DNA of 64,000 bases from a virus (taxonomy: Duplodnaviria > Caudoviricetes), in the IMG/VR virus record IMGVR_UViG_3300033121_001571; one strand, given 5' to 3'. A program made the position numbers and the translations under genes. This document shows, piece after piece, positions 45,663-56,535 of this stretch (position 1 is the stretch's first letter; each line of letters opens with the position of its first letter). The notes under the pieces were generated by a model. That model was given only the letters and a program-made list of their open reading frames with translations. It did no database searches and had not been told where the DNA came from.

Positions 45663-46607
45663 TTATTTCTTAGAAACTTTCTTAGAATTTTCCCACTTAG
45701 TTTTAAAGTAATCAGGTGTCTTAACGTTAGAAAAATCTAAACTAGGAATATCAGCATCTTGCGATTCAAATTTAGCAAGAAATTCGCTTGCTTCTCTCCC
45801 AGATATCATATTTGATTTTTTGATCTCTTCTTCAAGTTGCTCTTTCGTGAGCAAATTTCTAAGCATATTCATTTCCATAGACGACATACGACAAGAATTT
45901 AAGTCATAATCTTTCCATGAGTTAAATGCTATCGGTGCAACTTCTTTCACAATCGCAGCCATAATCTCAGCATAAACTCGTATCTCATATTGAGCATGTG
46001 GATGACATCGAAGAGTTAGAAAATGCATTAAATTATGCAGATCAATTTTCCAGTACCACTGCGTGTAAGCAGATACTGGAAGGTGAACTCTTGCTATTTC
46101 TCTAGCAAAGTCTTCTTCTAACATCCAATCATAAGTTGAAACTGCTTTACCATAAACATCATCTATTCTATCTCTATATTCAGAGATAGTATCATTATCA
46201 ATAGCACCGGCGCGGCCTTGCTTATTGTCGCTACTTTGTAGTGCTAGCGCTGAATCTGTTGGTTCATAGAAAAAGTTAGGCATAATAGAATATCTACCGC
46301 TGTATTCATTCACAGATGCTGTTCTGTGTCTAATCCATTGTCTAGCAACAAAAATTGGCATAGCACAGTGAAATTTAAGCTCTACCATTTCAAATGGTGA
46401 CGTATGAAGATTACGTTTTAAATAACGCAATAATTTTTCTGTATCTGACACTTTTCTTGTACCAGAACCATAACTCGTTCGTGCAGCAGAGTCTATGCTT
46501 TCATCGCTTCCCATATAGTCAACTAAAGAAATAAATCCATGATCAAGACATGGAAAATACAAATTTAGCAAATTTTCAGCACCAACAGACGTAACCCTAT
46601 TACTCAC
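45663..46607 (-). CDS. thyX: FAD-dependent thymidylate synthase
   Basis: AARTSY, HTSPFE, ThyX motif RHRTASVNEYSGRY, AREIAR..LP and LR...HAQYEIR. Confidence 0.95.
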   Translation of the reverse strand: MSNRVTSVGAENLLNLYFPCLDHGFISLVDYMGSDESIDSAARTSYGSGTRKVSDTEKLLRYLKRNLHTSPFEMVELKFHCAMPIFVARQWIRHRTASVNEYSGRYSIMPNFFYEPTDSALALQSSDNKQGRAGAIDNDTISEYRDRIDDVYGKAVSTYDWMLEEDFAREIARVHLPVSAYTQWYWKIDLHNLMHFLTLRCHPHAQYEIRVYAEIMAAIVKEVAPIAFNSWKDYDLNSCRMSSMEMNMLRNLLTKEQLEEEIKKSNMISGREASEFLAKFESQDADIPSLDFSNVKTPDYFKTKWENSKKVSKK

Positions 46608-46643
46608 ATAGAGTTAATACGTCAAGAAAAGGCTATTTACACA

Positions 46644-47870
46644 TCAGTAATCGAGCCTAACTCTTAATGTTAATTGCTTCTCGTTGTTCTTTTCAACTGG
46701 TCTACTTAGCTTAGCAACAGCTAATAAGTTATCGTTAGCATCATAAAGCCCTACAGACGTGATAAAAGTAAATGATGTTTGTACGTCTTCTGACCCAACA
46801 TCAATTACTCTTATCCTAGAATCTGTGTCAACGTAGGTAGGATTTGAACTGTAATTAAACTCATCAGCATCCGCAGTACAGAAATACAAAGTCGAATTTA
46901 TGAAAGTGTTGTTTTGGAACGTCATAGCAGCTTGCGATCCAGAACTAAATCTACAAGAACACAAATGATCAACAATATTATCAATGCTTCCACTGACTAA
47001 AAAGTCAGGAATAAACTTTGATTTGTATGCAGTTTGCGTGCCAGATGCACCCAATGTAATTCTACCAATCGAATGCATAGCATCAATCGTTCCAGAAACA
47101 AATTGACTTCCAGAGGTGATCTTTGCAAGATCAAAAACTGCAATTCCCCTGTCATAAAACATAAGTCCTACTGTTCTGTTGGTGTTTGCAGAATCAACGA
47201 TGTTACCAACATTTCCTCCAAATGTCACTAACTTGTTAGAAGCAGCACCTATATCAGTGAAAATAGCAGAACCAGAAGTACTAGTAACGTAAAGATTTGG
47301 CGGTGATGGAAATGTCTCAGCTGGCGTTGAGGTGTTTGGACCAGTGAATGAAGCAGTTTGATAAAATCGCATAGCAAATGTTTCTCTCTTTATCTGATCT
47401 CTAGAAAATAGCCTCTTAAAAGCAACAAACATCGCTGCATCAATTTGATTTGAAGTGTCAGAAGAATCAAACGGTGCAACAAATGGAGTTGAAGAATCAC
47501 CCAATAACATCTGTGCGAATTGTCTATAGACGTCCATTTTTTCTCTCATCATTAAAGATGAACTAGCAAACAACTCTTTACCTGCAGCGTCAGTTCCAGT
47601 TTTGGCCGCTGTAACTGTGCTACCAGACGGATACAAACCAACCGTCAGATCAAATATTGCATTTGACGATTGAAGAGAAAAATCTAAGTCATAAACAGTT
47701 TGAAACAATGAACTTGTAACACCTGGCCCAACACCACCAGTCACAAAGTGTTGGTATTTTCTTCTAGAGACAGAAGCACTCACGTCTTCTTGTAAGACAT
47801 CTATGATTTGAGATAGAAAAGATCTTTTAGTCTTGATGTCTTTAGGTAAGAGTTCCTTGAATGTTGCCAT
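46644..47870 (-). CDS. Putative baseplate/collar structural protein
   Basis: EFNYSSNPT and ITSVGLYD..DNLLAVAKLSRP, resembling the C-terminal half of tail-collar domains. Confidence 0.6.
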   Translation of the reverse strand: MATFKELLPKDIKTKRSFLSQIIDVLQEDVSASVSRRKYQHFVTGGVGPGVTSSLFQTVYDLDFSLQSSNAIFDLTVGLYPSGSTVTAAKTGTDAAGKELFASSSLMMREKMDVYRQFAQMLLGDSSTPFVAPFDSSDTSNQIDAAMFVAFKRLFSRDQIKRETFAMRFYQTASFTGPNTSTPAETFPSPPNLYVTSTSGSAIFTDIGAASNKLVTFGGNVGNIVDSANTNRTVGLMFYDRGIAVFDLAKITSGSQFVSGTIDAMHSIGRITLGASGTQTAYKSKFIPDFLVSGSIDNIVDHLCSCRFSSGSQAAMTFQNNTFINSTLYFCTADADEFNYSSNPTYVDTDSRIRVIDVGSEDVQTSFTFITSVGLYDANDNLLAVAKLSRPVEKNNEKQLTLRVRLDY

Positions 47871-47877
47871 TTTTTTC

Positions 47878-48594
47878 TCAAATTGCCTTGTTCAGATAAA
47901 GCGTTATGTCTTTCACAGCACCTGATTGCGCGCCGGTGATCTTAAGATATGTTTTAATGATTGATTTGTTTGTTGTTGTACCATACACAGCAAACGTTGC
48001 ATCTGAAACTGTTTTTGCAGCTAATGTAAATTGAAGAATAGAACCACCGTAAGAATTTTCAGCTGGAGATCTTGTCAAGATGTATGATGCTCTTTGCTGT
48101 GCATCAATCGCAACTGGGGTTGCTCTTAATATCTGAACAAACATATTGGGACACTCTACGTAAAATGTTTGATCTCGTAATTCTACGTCAATTGATGTCT
48201 CATTCACTATCGTCTGTTCAATAGTCATATTTGCAGTTTTCTGTGTCATCCTACCCAAAGTAACAGAATTTGAAGTGCTAGAAACGCTAGCGTCTCCAGA
48301 CAACGATAGTTGTGGAAGTCTTAACAAGTTTGGATTAGAAACACTAACAAGCTTATACTTCTGAGCATATTGTTGATTAGTGATAGCTTCAAGAACGGGA
48401 GTGTTTTTTTCGATCTTTTCTTTACCAACTGTTCTTCCGTATTTTGTTACAATTCTATAATCTACTTCATCATCCCCTAATGCAAACTTAAACACAGAAA
48501 ATGACCCATCATTCTTAGACAAAAATTGTCTTCCAACGTCGGTTAAAACCGCATCCAAGATCAAGTTATTGGTCGAAGAGTCTAAAAATCCCAT
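47878..48594 (-). CDS. Putative baseplate/collar structural protein
   Basis: MGFLD...DAVLTDVGRQFL..FALGDDEVDY; N-terminus paralogous to 56532..57524. Confidence 0.6.
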   Translation of the reverse strand: MGFLDSSTNNLILDAVLTDVGRQFLSKNDGSFSVFKFALGDDEVDYRIVTKYGRTVGKEKIEKNTPVLEAITNQQYAQKYKLVSVSNPNLLRLPQLSLSGDASVSSTSNSVTLGRMTQKTANMTIEQTIVNETSIDVELRDQTFYVECPNMFVQILRATPVAIDAQQRASYILTRSPAENSYGGSILQFTLAAKTVSDATFAVYGTTTNKSIIKTYLKITGAQSGAVKDITLYLNKAI

Positions 48595-48626
48595 CGTTCT
48601 ACTCTAGTATGTATCAAGTTTCGCTG

Positions 48627-50489
48627 CTATGTTTTATCACTGCTTGTTCTATCGTCAATTTTAACTGTGACATTCTTCTGTTCCATAGAGTCAAGATTCA
48701 AAAACGTGAATACATATTGCCCATTTTCTTGTTTAGACACTACTACTTTCGTCTTTTTGTCTTGATCATCTTTAACATAATAGTATTCTGGGTTAAAGTA
48801 AATGTTTGCAATCTTAGATGACTCTCCGTTAACAAGTACAGAATTTCTCATAAGTTCATTTTCAACGTAAAGATTTGGATAAGATTTGGGAGCACCGGTG
48901 TGTGAAATTAAAGTCTTGACAAGCTTGTTCTTAAATTCATCAAATTTCACTTCATATTGTGCAGAATAATTTGAACTTAGGCCGTGAGCATCAACACACA
49001 CAACAGAATAAATGAAAACAGATTCTTTGATAAAATCGTCATCATAAAAAAATGTCTTAGCGCTAGAAACAACTTCAGTAAGTTCATCTTCAAATGATTC
49101 ATGAGATTCAAATTTTACTACTGAATCATCAAAATCATACTCTTTCACTAATTCAAATGGATGATTAACTGAAGAACGTCGAAAGACTTGGAATTTTTTG
49201 ATATCTCTTTGTGAATTAACCGGAAAACTCCAGTGTATCATCAAACTACCAGCAATGCCAGTATTTGGAACAAATGACTGAGTGTTTGAATCAAATTCTG
49301 CAGTTGTTAAATTAACACGTTCATAATCCCATGTAAAACTTACATCAACCGGTGGGGGTGGAGCTACAGATTCGTGTGCTGTTATTGTTACTCTGCTAGA
49401 TGGCTTAGAACTAACTAATATTTTGACATTAACAGTCTTGTTAGATAGATCATCAATAGCTGGAATGGTTAACAACGCAACTGATCTAATCGAGTAGGTG
49501 TATTTAGAACCGTATCTTACCCTAGCGTCATATGCTGTTGTTGCATTTGAATTTTCAATAACTATTGATGGATGTATGACTCTTTTACCATCTTCTGTAA
49601 TTTCAAATTTGTCTATGATATAACCAACGATCTCAGAATCAGCTGAAATTTGATCACTAGAATCAACGGGTAAAACTTCTATGTACTTGACAAATGATTC
49701 ATAGTCATCATCAGAGATAACGCTGTTTGCGTCTTTAAGAGCTTCTGAAAACTTACCTTTAGACACTTCAACTAAGTCAGCAAGTTCACCTGTGTATTGA
49801 ACGTCTGGATCAGAAAGAGCTCTTAACACTAGCTCATTCATGTACTTGTTGTTAACTTGCGCAGCAACAGTGACTGACTTAAGAGCCTCGATCTGTTCAT
49901 CAGAAAATTGATTGCCTTTGTTAAAGAACCTAGTGCCAGATTTTCTTTGGTTCAAATTCAGTGACTTTTCTAAAATCTCTGATCTTTCCCCGCTCTTTTT
50001 TATGATTGATTTAAGCGTTGTTAAATCATCATATTTCTTGTAATTTTCTGTTTGAAGATACTTCGCGTGAGAAACTGAACCACTTACGAGCGAATGTAAC
50101 TTATCATCTGCATTTGGATCATGAAAAAGTAAAGAAGTAAATGAACTGACTGAAAACTCATCTTCAGTCATAACGTTATCAATGTTGCTGCTGATAAGAT
50201 TTCCCTTGTTTGAACTTTTTTGTTTCACAACAGGTTGTGATTTTTTAAGCTGTGAAACTGTTGGTTTAAATGTAAAAGAAACATACCTTGGCAATTTTGT
50301 GTCAGAGTACTTATAAAAATACGCGTCAAATTCAAAAGATGTCTTTTGCAAGAACTGTAGCGGTACTCCTCCGGTGTCATTTACTCTTTCATCAGGAACA
50401 AAAAAGTTGTACTGAAATCTTCCAGTAAATTCTTGTACTTCTGGTAAATCAACGACAAATATTTGTTTAGAAGGTAACGATACAGTCAC
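48627..50489 (-). CDS. Putative virion protein with FN3-like domains
   Basis: YDARVRYGSKYTYSIRSV and IHW.FP....IKKFQVFRR...YSVVCVD.HG.SS (fibronectin-III-like patterns). Confidence 0.55.
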   Translation of the reverse strand: MTVSLPSKQIFVVDLPEVQEFTGRFQYNFFVPDERVNDTGGVPLQFLQKTSFEFDAYFYKYSDTKLPRYVSFTFKPTVSQLKKSQPVVKQKSSNKGNLISSNIDNVMTEDEFSVSSFTSLLFHDPNADDKLHSLVSGSVSHAKYLQTENYKKYDDLTTLKSIIKKSGERSEILEKSLNLNQRKSGTRFFNKGNQFSDEQIEALKSVTVAAQVNNKYMNELVLRALSDPDVQYTGELADLVEVSKGKFSEALKDANSVISDDDYESFVKYIEVLPVDSSDQISADSEIVGYIIDKFEITEDGKRVIHPSIVIENSNATTAYDARVRYGSKYTYSIRSVALLTIPAIDDLSNKTVNVKILVSSKPSSRVTITAHESVAPPPPVDVSFTWDYERVNLTTAEFDSNTQSFVPNTGIAGSLMIHWSFPVNSQRDIKKFQVFRRSSVNHPFELVKEYDFDDSVVKFESHESFEDELTEVVSSAKTFFYDDDFIKESVFIYSVVCVDAHGLSSNYSAQYEVKFDEFKNKLVKTLISHTGAPKSYPNLYVENELMRNSVLVNGESSKIANIYFNPEYYYVKDDQDKKTKVVVSKQENGQYVFTFLNLDSMEQKNVTVKIDDRTSSDKT

Positions 50490-53400
50490 ACTGTTTCTCC
50501 TGTAGTTTCTACCGTCACAAAATATTTCTCAAAAAGAACATCGCCAGACGTAACATCTCTGTTTTTTACTTTATATGCTTTAGTAACGTTTGAGTCTAGG
50601 TTAAATTTTTGTCCATTAACTTTATAAGTGTGATCAATTGGTTCTATATCGCCTGATGCTATGTATTTTTCTATTACACTTGAACCCTTTGGTGATGATG
50701 CAACAGTCTTATCTTGATCAATTTCAAAATCATCAGAATCAACAACCACCGCTAACACTCTGTCAAATTTTCTAGGTGTTAAACACATCTGTAACAACTT
50801 GTCTTGATCTGTTAATCCAGATGCAGTTTTTAACATGTTGTTAATCGTTGTCAAACCAAAAGTTACATCTTCTACAGATTTTTGTGCAATCTGATCAATA
50901 GATGATATTGCTTGTTTTGGTTGTGATTTATTTGGTAATTGCTTTGATTGTTTTGAGTTATCTGGATTGACTGAAACTTGAAGTTTTGAAAACATAGAAT
51001 TAAAGACTTGGTTGTTAGCAACGTCCTCAACTACTGACTTTTTTGAAGTTGTCAGATCAACGTAACTATCTACTATTTGTTTTGGAATTTCTGATGTAAT
51101 TTCTTGCAAATCAACGTCTTTAACGTGAAACTTGTGTTCAGCAAAAGAAAATCCAGACATCATTTTTACATAAGTCTCTAACATTAGACTTGTGAAATGG
51201 TTCTTATAAAGTTCTTCTTTTTTGAAATCACTCAAAAAAGCATAAGAATCATCTTTAAACATACCACTCTTGTAGACTACATTTGAATCTTTTTCTACTT
51301 GATCTCTAAACGGCAACAAATCATAACTAAACAAATTAGAGTTTTTATCTATTTGTTTTACAAGAGAACTATTTCTAGAGGGAAATCTAGATAATTCAAA
51401 CAAAAACTTCTGAGGTTTAAAGACAAGATCTTGTCTTTCTTCATCAATCTTAAACACTGAAACATACACAATGTCTTTCTGTCTTTCGCTGAACAACTGA
51501 GAATTTGATGATATCTTTTGCTTAAGTTTCTTTGTAAAACCTATCGGAATACCGACAAATAAAATTCTCTTGTTAAGAGAATCTTTTGAAGAAAAATCCT
51601 GCAAAGAACAAAACTCATAAAGTGCATTTACAAGAGAACTTGAAACACTTTCTCCGTCAATTCTTTCAATAGTTGATGTGTTGAAAGAATTACTCTTATT
51701 TTTCAAAATAGATAAAGCATCTTGTGAAAACGAATATGCCAAAGACAACTGTTGTTCATTGAAAAGTAATTTGAACTGTTCTAGACCTATGATTTCTTTT
51801 GTCCTAGACAATTTTTCAGATACTACTTTTGATTCAGAGTAAGCAGTCACAGCTTTACATTTGTCAATAATCTTTGTTAAAGTGTCAGAAATTAGAGAAT
51901 TACACTTTATGAGTACAGATGCTTCTTTTTGCAACTTGTTATTGATAGAATCAATAGTTGACTTGTGATTTGACACATTGTTAGTGATACTAAAGATTGT
52001 TGTGCCAGCATTTGAAGTTGCTTTTGAAACAAATTTAACATCTGTACATGATGACACAATATCTAACACCATATCAAATGCAGCTGCTAACAAAGTTAAT
52101 TTATCATATGCACGCCAGTTAGTCAAGTTTTCTGACAAACAAAATTGATCAGTGAAAGATACTACGATGTTCCAAAGAAATTCTTCAACAATCTTTGATA
52201 AACCAGTCCCATTCAATAAAGCGCTAAAAACGTCAGTTTTGTTGTAACTTTTTTTCTTAGAAACATCAAACGTAGAATTGTAATAGTCTAACAAGTCTTT
52301 AGTTGCAGATGTGCTCTTCACTAAAGTGTCTGTCAAGTGATCATTGATCTTGTTTATGATTGATATTGCATAAGAGTTATTAAATTGCAAGACATCACTT
52401 TGTTGACCTTGTTGAGTCTGTGACAAATAGTTGTTAGAAATGATCTTAAACATAGACAAACCAAACAACAAATTCTTAAGAATTTTGTCAGACTTAGCCT
52501 GAGAATAGACTGGAGTCAACACGTCTTTTGATATCGATGGTTTTTCAACAAAATTCTCTACAATGTTATCTGTCAAGTGCTTGATAAGTCTACTTGGCTC
52601 TGACAAGCGGCTAGTGAATGTTTCAAATGCTCCGTCAGAATCACTGAGTGACACAGGATAAATCATGTTCATAGCATCAGTTAGTACTGTGTAAGAATAA
52701 TAAAGTGTCTCAGAGTCTCCCTGGAGGGTTTTAACGTTAGCTAAATTTGGTACATTATCTGCATCAAAAATAGAATCCACGTAGTATTCTGATGCTGGTG
52801 TGAACACACCTGACTTAGATTCAATGTATTTAGACTCAAAGTTACACACTATTAGTGAATCATTTATTCGTTTCTTAGCAAAAGAAGCAATTGATTTTGT
52901 TGTTGTGTCTGATGTAAAAACATCATCGACTTCATAAGAAAACAATTTCTGAAGTGTCTTGACGTTTCCTTTGCCTGAAAAATCTGTTTGTAACCCAAAT
53001 TTTTCACTTAAAGTTTTTGTGACACTGTCATTTGCTAAAGCTTTTGATGTGTTAAACTCTCTAGACAAAAACGAAGCAAGAACACATATTCTTGACTCGA
53101 CAGAAGATGCGTTAAATTCTGAATAAAGGTTGTTAAAGATCTGTTCAATTTTTGTGTTAACATCACTTACGCTGTTACTTGTTACGTCTGCAAACTTTTC
53201 AAAAGTTAACGTTGTTGGATTCTTATTTACTTTAAATCTGTTTGTTCTTCTAACTAACACACTAGGACTCACGTCACCAGTCTGTGAAAAACTAAAATAG
53301 TCTAACAAATTGCTAGTGTTTGAATTAAAAGCTTCATAGAACTCTAATAACAATTGCATCCAAATCTTTGTAGAAGAAAACCTTTTGACACTATCAGACG

Positions 53401-54214
53401 CAAATCCAAATTCATGTAAAACATCAACATAGTCAAATTGTTGTGTAATGTGTTTTGTAAAAACATCATAAAAAAACTCTGACTCAAGAGGATCAGATAT
53501 TCTGGGTGCAATTAAACTAAGTTGTGATCTTGGTTCTAATTTGTGAACTTTGTCATGAAGATCAAATATGTTCAAAAATTCATTTGAATACGTAACATAT
53601 CTGTATAATGTACCAATTAAGTCAGCACTCTCAGTTAAAACTCTAGCAGCTTTTTGCTGTTGCGTAACTATTGAATCATTTAATAGTTCATAACTGTCCA
53701 TCAATTTCACTAATAAATCGTTAGAAACATATTGGTTTAACATCTTGGTTCCTAATTGAGCGTTTAGGTAATGTCCAGCATCTGTCATAAAAAGTTTGTT
53801 ACTTAAAATTTTTCCATTTTTTTGCTCAACGCCAGCATCAGTAAAAATTGGTTGAAAGTTAACAACAGCAACAATCTCTGGACGCTCTGAAGAGATTCCA
53901 AGAAATTTCTCTGCTGTGTCCAATTTTTTAACAGATGCCTTGTTTGAAACAAGTTGCTTCTTTTGTTTCACAGAATCAGACTTAAAACTAGTTGCAACTT
54001 GATCAACAAAATCTCCTTTATTTACAGAGATATTTTCAACTTTTCCAGAAGCAATGTTGTTGACAAGATCAGCAACAGAAGCGTTAACTAAGTTTGATTC
54101 TTTTGTTACTTTGATCTTTTTAGAGTCTTTATCAATAGTTTTTTTGTTTACTGGTTGAACCTGTGGTGCTGCTGTCTTAACAGCAACCTTTGAATTTATC
54201 TTGACTGTTTTCAT
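50486..54214 (-). CDS. Large hypothetical protein (putative baseplate component)
   Basis: 1242-aa ORF, translationally coupled within the structural operon. Confidence 0.6.
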   Translation of the reverse strand: MKTVKINSKVAVKTAAPQVQPVNKKTIDKDSKKIKVTKESNLVNASVADLVNNIASGKVENISVNKGDFVDQVATSFKSDSVKQKKQLVSNKASVKKLDTAEKFLGISSERPEIVAVVNFQPIFTDAGVEQKNGKILSNKLFMTDAGHYLNAQLGTKMLNQYVSNDLLVKLMDSYELLNDSIVTQQQKAARVLTESADLIGTLYRYVTYSNEFLNIFDLHDKVHKLEPRSQLSLIAPRISDPLESEFFYDVFTKHITQQFDYVDVLHEFGFASDSVKRFSSTKIWMQLLLEFYEAFNSNTSNLLDYFSFSQTGDVSPSVLVRRTNRFKVNKNPTTLTFEKFADVTSNSVSDVNTKIEQIFNNLYSEFNASSVESRICVLASFLSREFNTSKALANDSVTKTLSEKFGLQTDFSGKGNVKTLQKLFSYEVDDVFTSDTTTKSIASFAKKRINDSLIVCNFESKYIESKSGVFTPASEYYVDSIFDADNVPNLANVKTLQGDSETLYYSYTVLTDAMNMIYPVSLSDSDGAFETFTSRLSEPSRLIKHLTDNIVENFVEKPSISKDVLTPVYSQAKSDKILKNLLFGLSMFKIISNNYLSQTQQGQQSDVLQFNNSYAISIINKINDHLTDTLVKSTSATKDLLDYYNSTFDVSKKKSYNKTDVFSALLNGTGLSKIVEEFLWNIVVSFTDQFCLSENLTNWRAYDKLTLLAAAFDMVLDIVSSCTDVKFVSKATSNAGTTIFSITNNVSNHKSTIDSINNKLQKEASVLIKCNSLISDTLTKIIDKCKAVTAYSESKVVSEKLSRTKEIIGLEQFKLLFNEQQLSLAYSFSQDALSILKNKSNSFNTSTIERIDGESVSSSLVNALYEFCSLQDFSSKDSLNKRILFVGIPIGFTKKLKQKISSNSQLFSERQKDIVYVSVFKIDEERQDLVFKPQKFLFELSRFPSRNSSLVKQIDKNSNLFSYDLLPFRDQVEKDSNVVYKSGMFKDDSYAFLSDFKKEELYKNHFTSLMLETYVKMMSGFSFAEHKFHVKDVDLQEITSEIPKQIVDSYVDLTTSKKSVVEDVANNQVFNSMFSKLQVSVNPDNSKQSKQLPNKSQPKQAISSIDQIAQKSVEDVTFGLTTINNMLKTASGLTDQDKLLQMCLTPRKFDRVLAVVVDSDDFEIDQDKTVASSPKGSSVIEKYIASGDIEPIDHTYKVNGQKFNLDSNVTKAYKVKNRDVTSGDVLFEKYFVTVETTGETV

Positions 54215-56535
54215 AATTCTGTACTCGTAACTAAGTTAGACGCAACTGCTTCAAGATATCTAAAATCTTTCATCACAACAACAAGTTCAAACTTTCCGCC
54301 AAACACGCTGCTTGGCAAAGCACTATTGTGCAAAGGAACTATAAACTCTTTCTTGTAGATTGGTAAGTGAAAATTACTAACAAAATACTTTCTACCATCA
54401 ACTATCATTAACAAAATAACATGATCAATGTCATTGACATCACCCAAAATTTTCCAAGTTAGATGAAAATACGAATCTTTCTTAATAGCCTTAAATTCAG
54501 TTATAGATGGTAACATTTTTGAAAATGAAACATCATACACTGAGATAACGCCAGTATCTCCATGAGAAAATTCATCCTTAGCATAGTGTAGTCTTAAACT
54601 TTCACTATTTATCACATTGCCAGTTGATAAAACAACAGGGTGCATGTATTTCTGAACGTTAAAAGTATAACTTTTTCCAGTTGTCTTATCAGTTAAAGTC
54701 TTTGTAGCGGAATCAATAAACGTAAATGGGTCACGCGCGAGCGCGCGTACAATGTATCTATAAACACAATCACTTCTTAACACATTTGCAAGCGATGTCT
54801 TAGTTGCAATTGAATCTGTAAATTTACCATCAGACACAATACCTAAGTTTTCTTGTTCGCCAGTTGTCAAATTCATTCTTGTTACAGAGTAAACAACAAG
54901 ATTTGACAACTTCTCTCTTTCTGCTTTAAAAACATCCTTAAATTCATCATAGTTTCCAGCTGAAGTGATAGCATTCTTTAACTGATCAACGTTTGATTTC
55001 TTTACATCAACTGCCACATCAAATGACACATCAAGTTCAGGAGTTTTTGTGATTTTTACATTAGCTAACTTCAATTGATATGTTCCAGATTTGTTGTCAA
55101 TGTGCTCATAGAGCACACTACCAAGTTTTTCACAAGTACCATTCTTGTATGTTGCATAACACACATATTCATATACATGATTAAGCGTTAACACAGAATC
55201 AATAGCCGTCAACACAACATCAAATTGATTGTCGTTATTAACAAAAGAAAAACTGTTGTCAACGTAAACATAATCTTTTTCAAAAGTTGACATATTTCTT
55301 CTCATAAATTTCACAGAAACTACTTCTCTTGGAAGATTTCTTACTTCAAGTACAACACCATCATCATCTCTATGAACTTCAATGGTAGCTGATTTGTCAT
55401 TGACATAAGAATTAGTAGACGCAACGATATTTGTAAAATACATGCTCTCTACAGAATTTTTTACAGGAACAAGTCTATAAAACACAATGTTATCTGATAG
55501 TTTGTCAATATAAAAAGGAGATCCCTGTCTAGCCTGTCCAACAAATTCATAATCTTTAGATGTTGTTGATAACAAAGTTGAAATATTTCTTCTATACACA
55601 TTACAAAAATCTACGTTGTTGTCATAAACAACAGACAAAGAAGTGTTAAATTCACTATTGATTAGCTTTACAACTGGAGGCTTAGATGGGTTATTTCGAA
55701 GCTCTTTGTGTTTAGACAAATCAATATTTCTAGAATATGAAAACACAGACATATTGTTGCTACCATTGACAAAGTCTATCTTTAAAAGAAAGTTATTGAC
55801 TTCATTGTCAAGAACAAATTGAGAAGACACACGCACGTTCTTCTGTTTTTCTTGAAATCCAGTCATATAATTCCCGTCGCGGGTGGAGGCTGAAGAGCTT
55901 AACAACGTGTTTGTTATAAGCGCTAATTTATCTACAGAATCTGTTACAGTGTTAGAGATGACTCCTCGTAGATTTTTTTGCGCAAGAATATTAATCTGAT
56001 TTTGAATGATTGACGTTGGGTCTTTTTTCTGCAGTACTGCTTCTCTCACTGCAGAATTTTTATCACTAGTCACGTAACGTTCTCTTGTGACAGAAAAATT
56101 AACCGTACTAGCATTTCTTGAATCAGCTCTAGACGTCGAGATATCTAGGGGTTTAGAATCACTTAAACTTGTTGACGAAATTCCAGAATCAACAAACTTT
56201 GCATATGAGTTATTCACGTATTTTGTCAAATCTACGTAACATTGAGTCAATAATTTTGTGCTCTGAAGCTGTTGTTGACTAACGACAGAATTTCTTCTAG
56301 TCAAAATGTTTTCAATTGTTTTATCAGCATCAACTTCTCCATTTTTAACAGACACTATGTCTGTAGAAAACACAAGAGAGTCAAATGCTGAAATAGTTGC
56401 TTTTGTAACGTTGTTTGCAAGCGCAGTGTCTATATCAACTACGAACGATAGTTCAATTGTGTTAACATCTACATAAGACAGTTCAATTGTGTTAACATCT
56501 AACAACTCAATTCTTTTTTGCGCTTGGATTCTCAT
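54211..56535 (-). CDS. Large beta-rich hypothetical protein (FN3/Ig-like repeats)
   Basis: 774 aa; NVYRR...FYRLVPV, VYEYVCY and VYRYIVRA; 10-aa N-terminal repeat DVNTIEL. Confidence 0.55.
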   Translation of the reverse strand: MRIQAQKRIELLDVNTIELSYVDVNTIELSFVVDIDTALANNVTKATISAFDSLVFSTDIVSVKNGEVDADKTIENILTRRNSVVSQQQLQSTKLLTQCYVDLTKYVNNSYAKFVDSGISSTSLSDSKPLDISTSRADSRNASTVNFSVTRERYVTSDKNSAVREAVLQKKDPTSIIQNQINILAQKNLRGVISNTVTDSVDKLALITNTLLSSSASTRDGNYMTGFQEKQKNVRVSSQFVLDNEVNNFLLKIDFVNGSNNMSVFSYSRNIDLSKHKELRNNPSKPPVVKLINSEFNTSLSVVYDNNVDFCNVYRRNISTLLSTTSKDYEFVGQARQGSPFYIDKLSDNIVFYRLVPVKNSVESMYFTNIVASTNSYVNDKSATIEVHRDDDGVVLEVRNLPREVVSVKFMRRNMSTFEKDYVYVDNSFSFVNNDNQFDVVLTAIDSVLTLNHVYEYVCYATYKNGTCEKLGSVLYEHIDNKSGTYQLKLANVKITKTPELDVSFDVAVDVKKSNVDQLKNAITSAGNYDEFKDVFKAEREKLSNLVVYSVTRMNLTTGEQENLGIVSDGKFTDSIATKTSLANVLRSDCVYRYIVRALARDPFTFIDSATKTLTDKTTGKSYTFNVQKYMHPVVLSTGNVINSESLRLHYAKDEFSHGDTGVISVYDVSFSKMLPSITEFKAIKKDSYFHLTWKILGDVNDIDHVILLMIVDGRKYFVSNFHLPIYKKEFIVPLHNSALPSSVFGGKFELVVVMKDFRYLEAVASNLVTSTEL

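Noticed and set aside
34070-46607. Inteins or group I introns in terminase, primase or thyX
   Set aside because: Lengths are normal, motifs are contiguous, and no splice-junction motifs or LAGLIDADG/HNH ORFs were seen. The sbcD/sbcC junction also lacks split-intein motifs.
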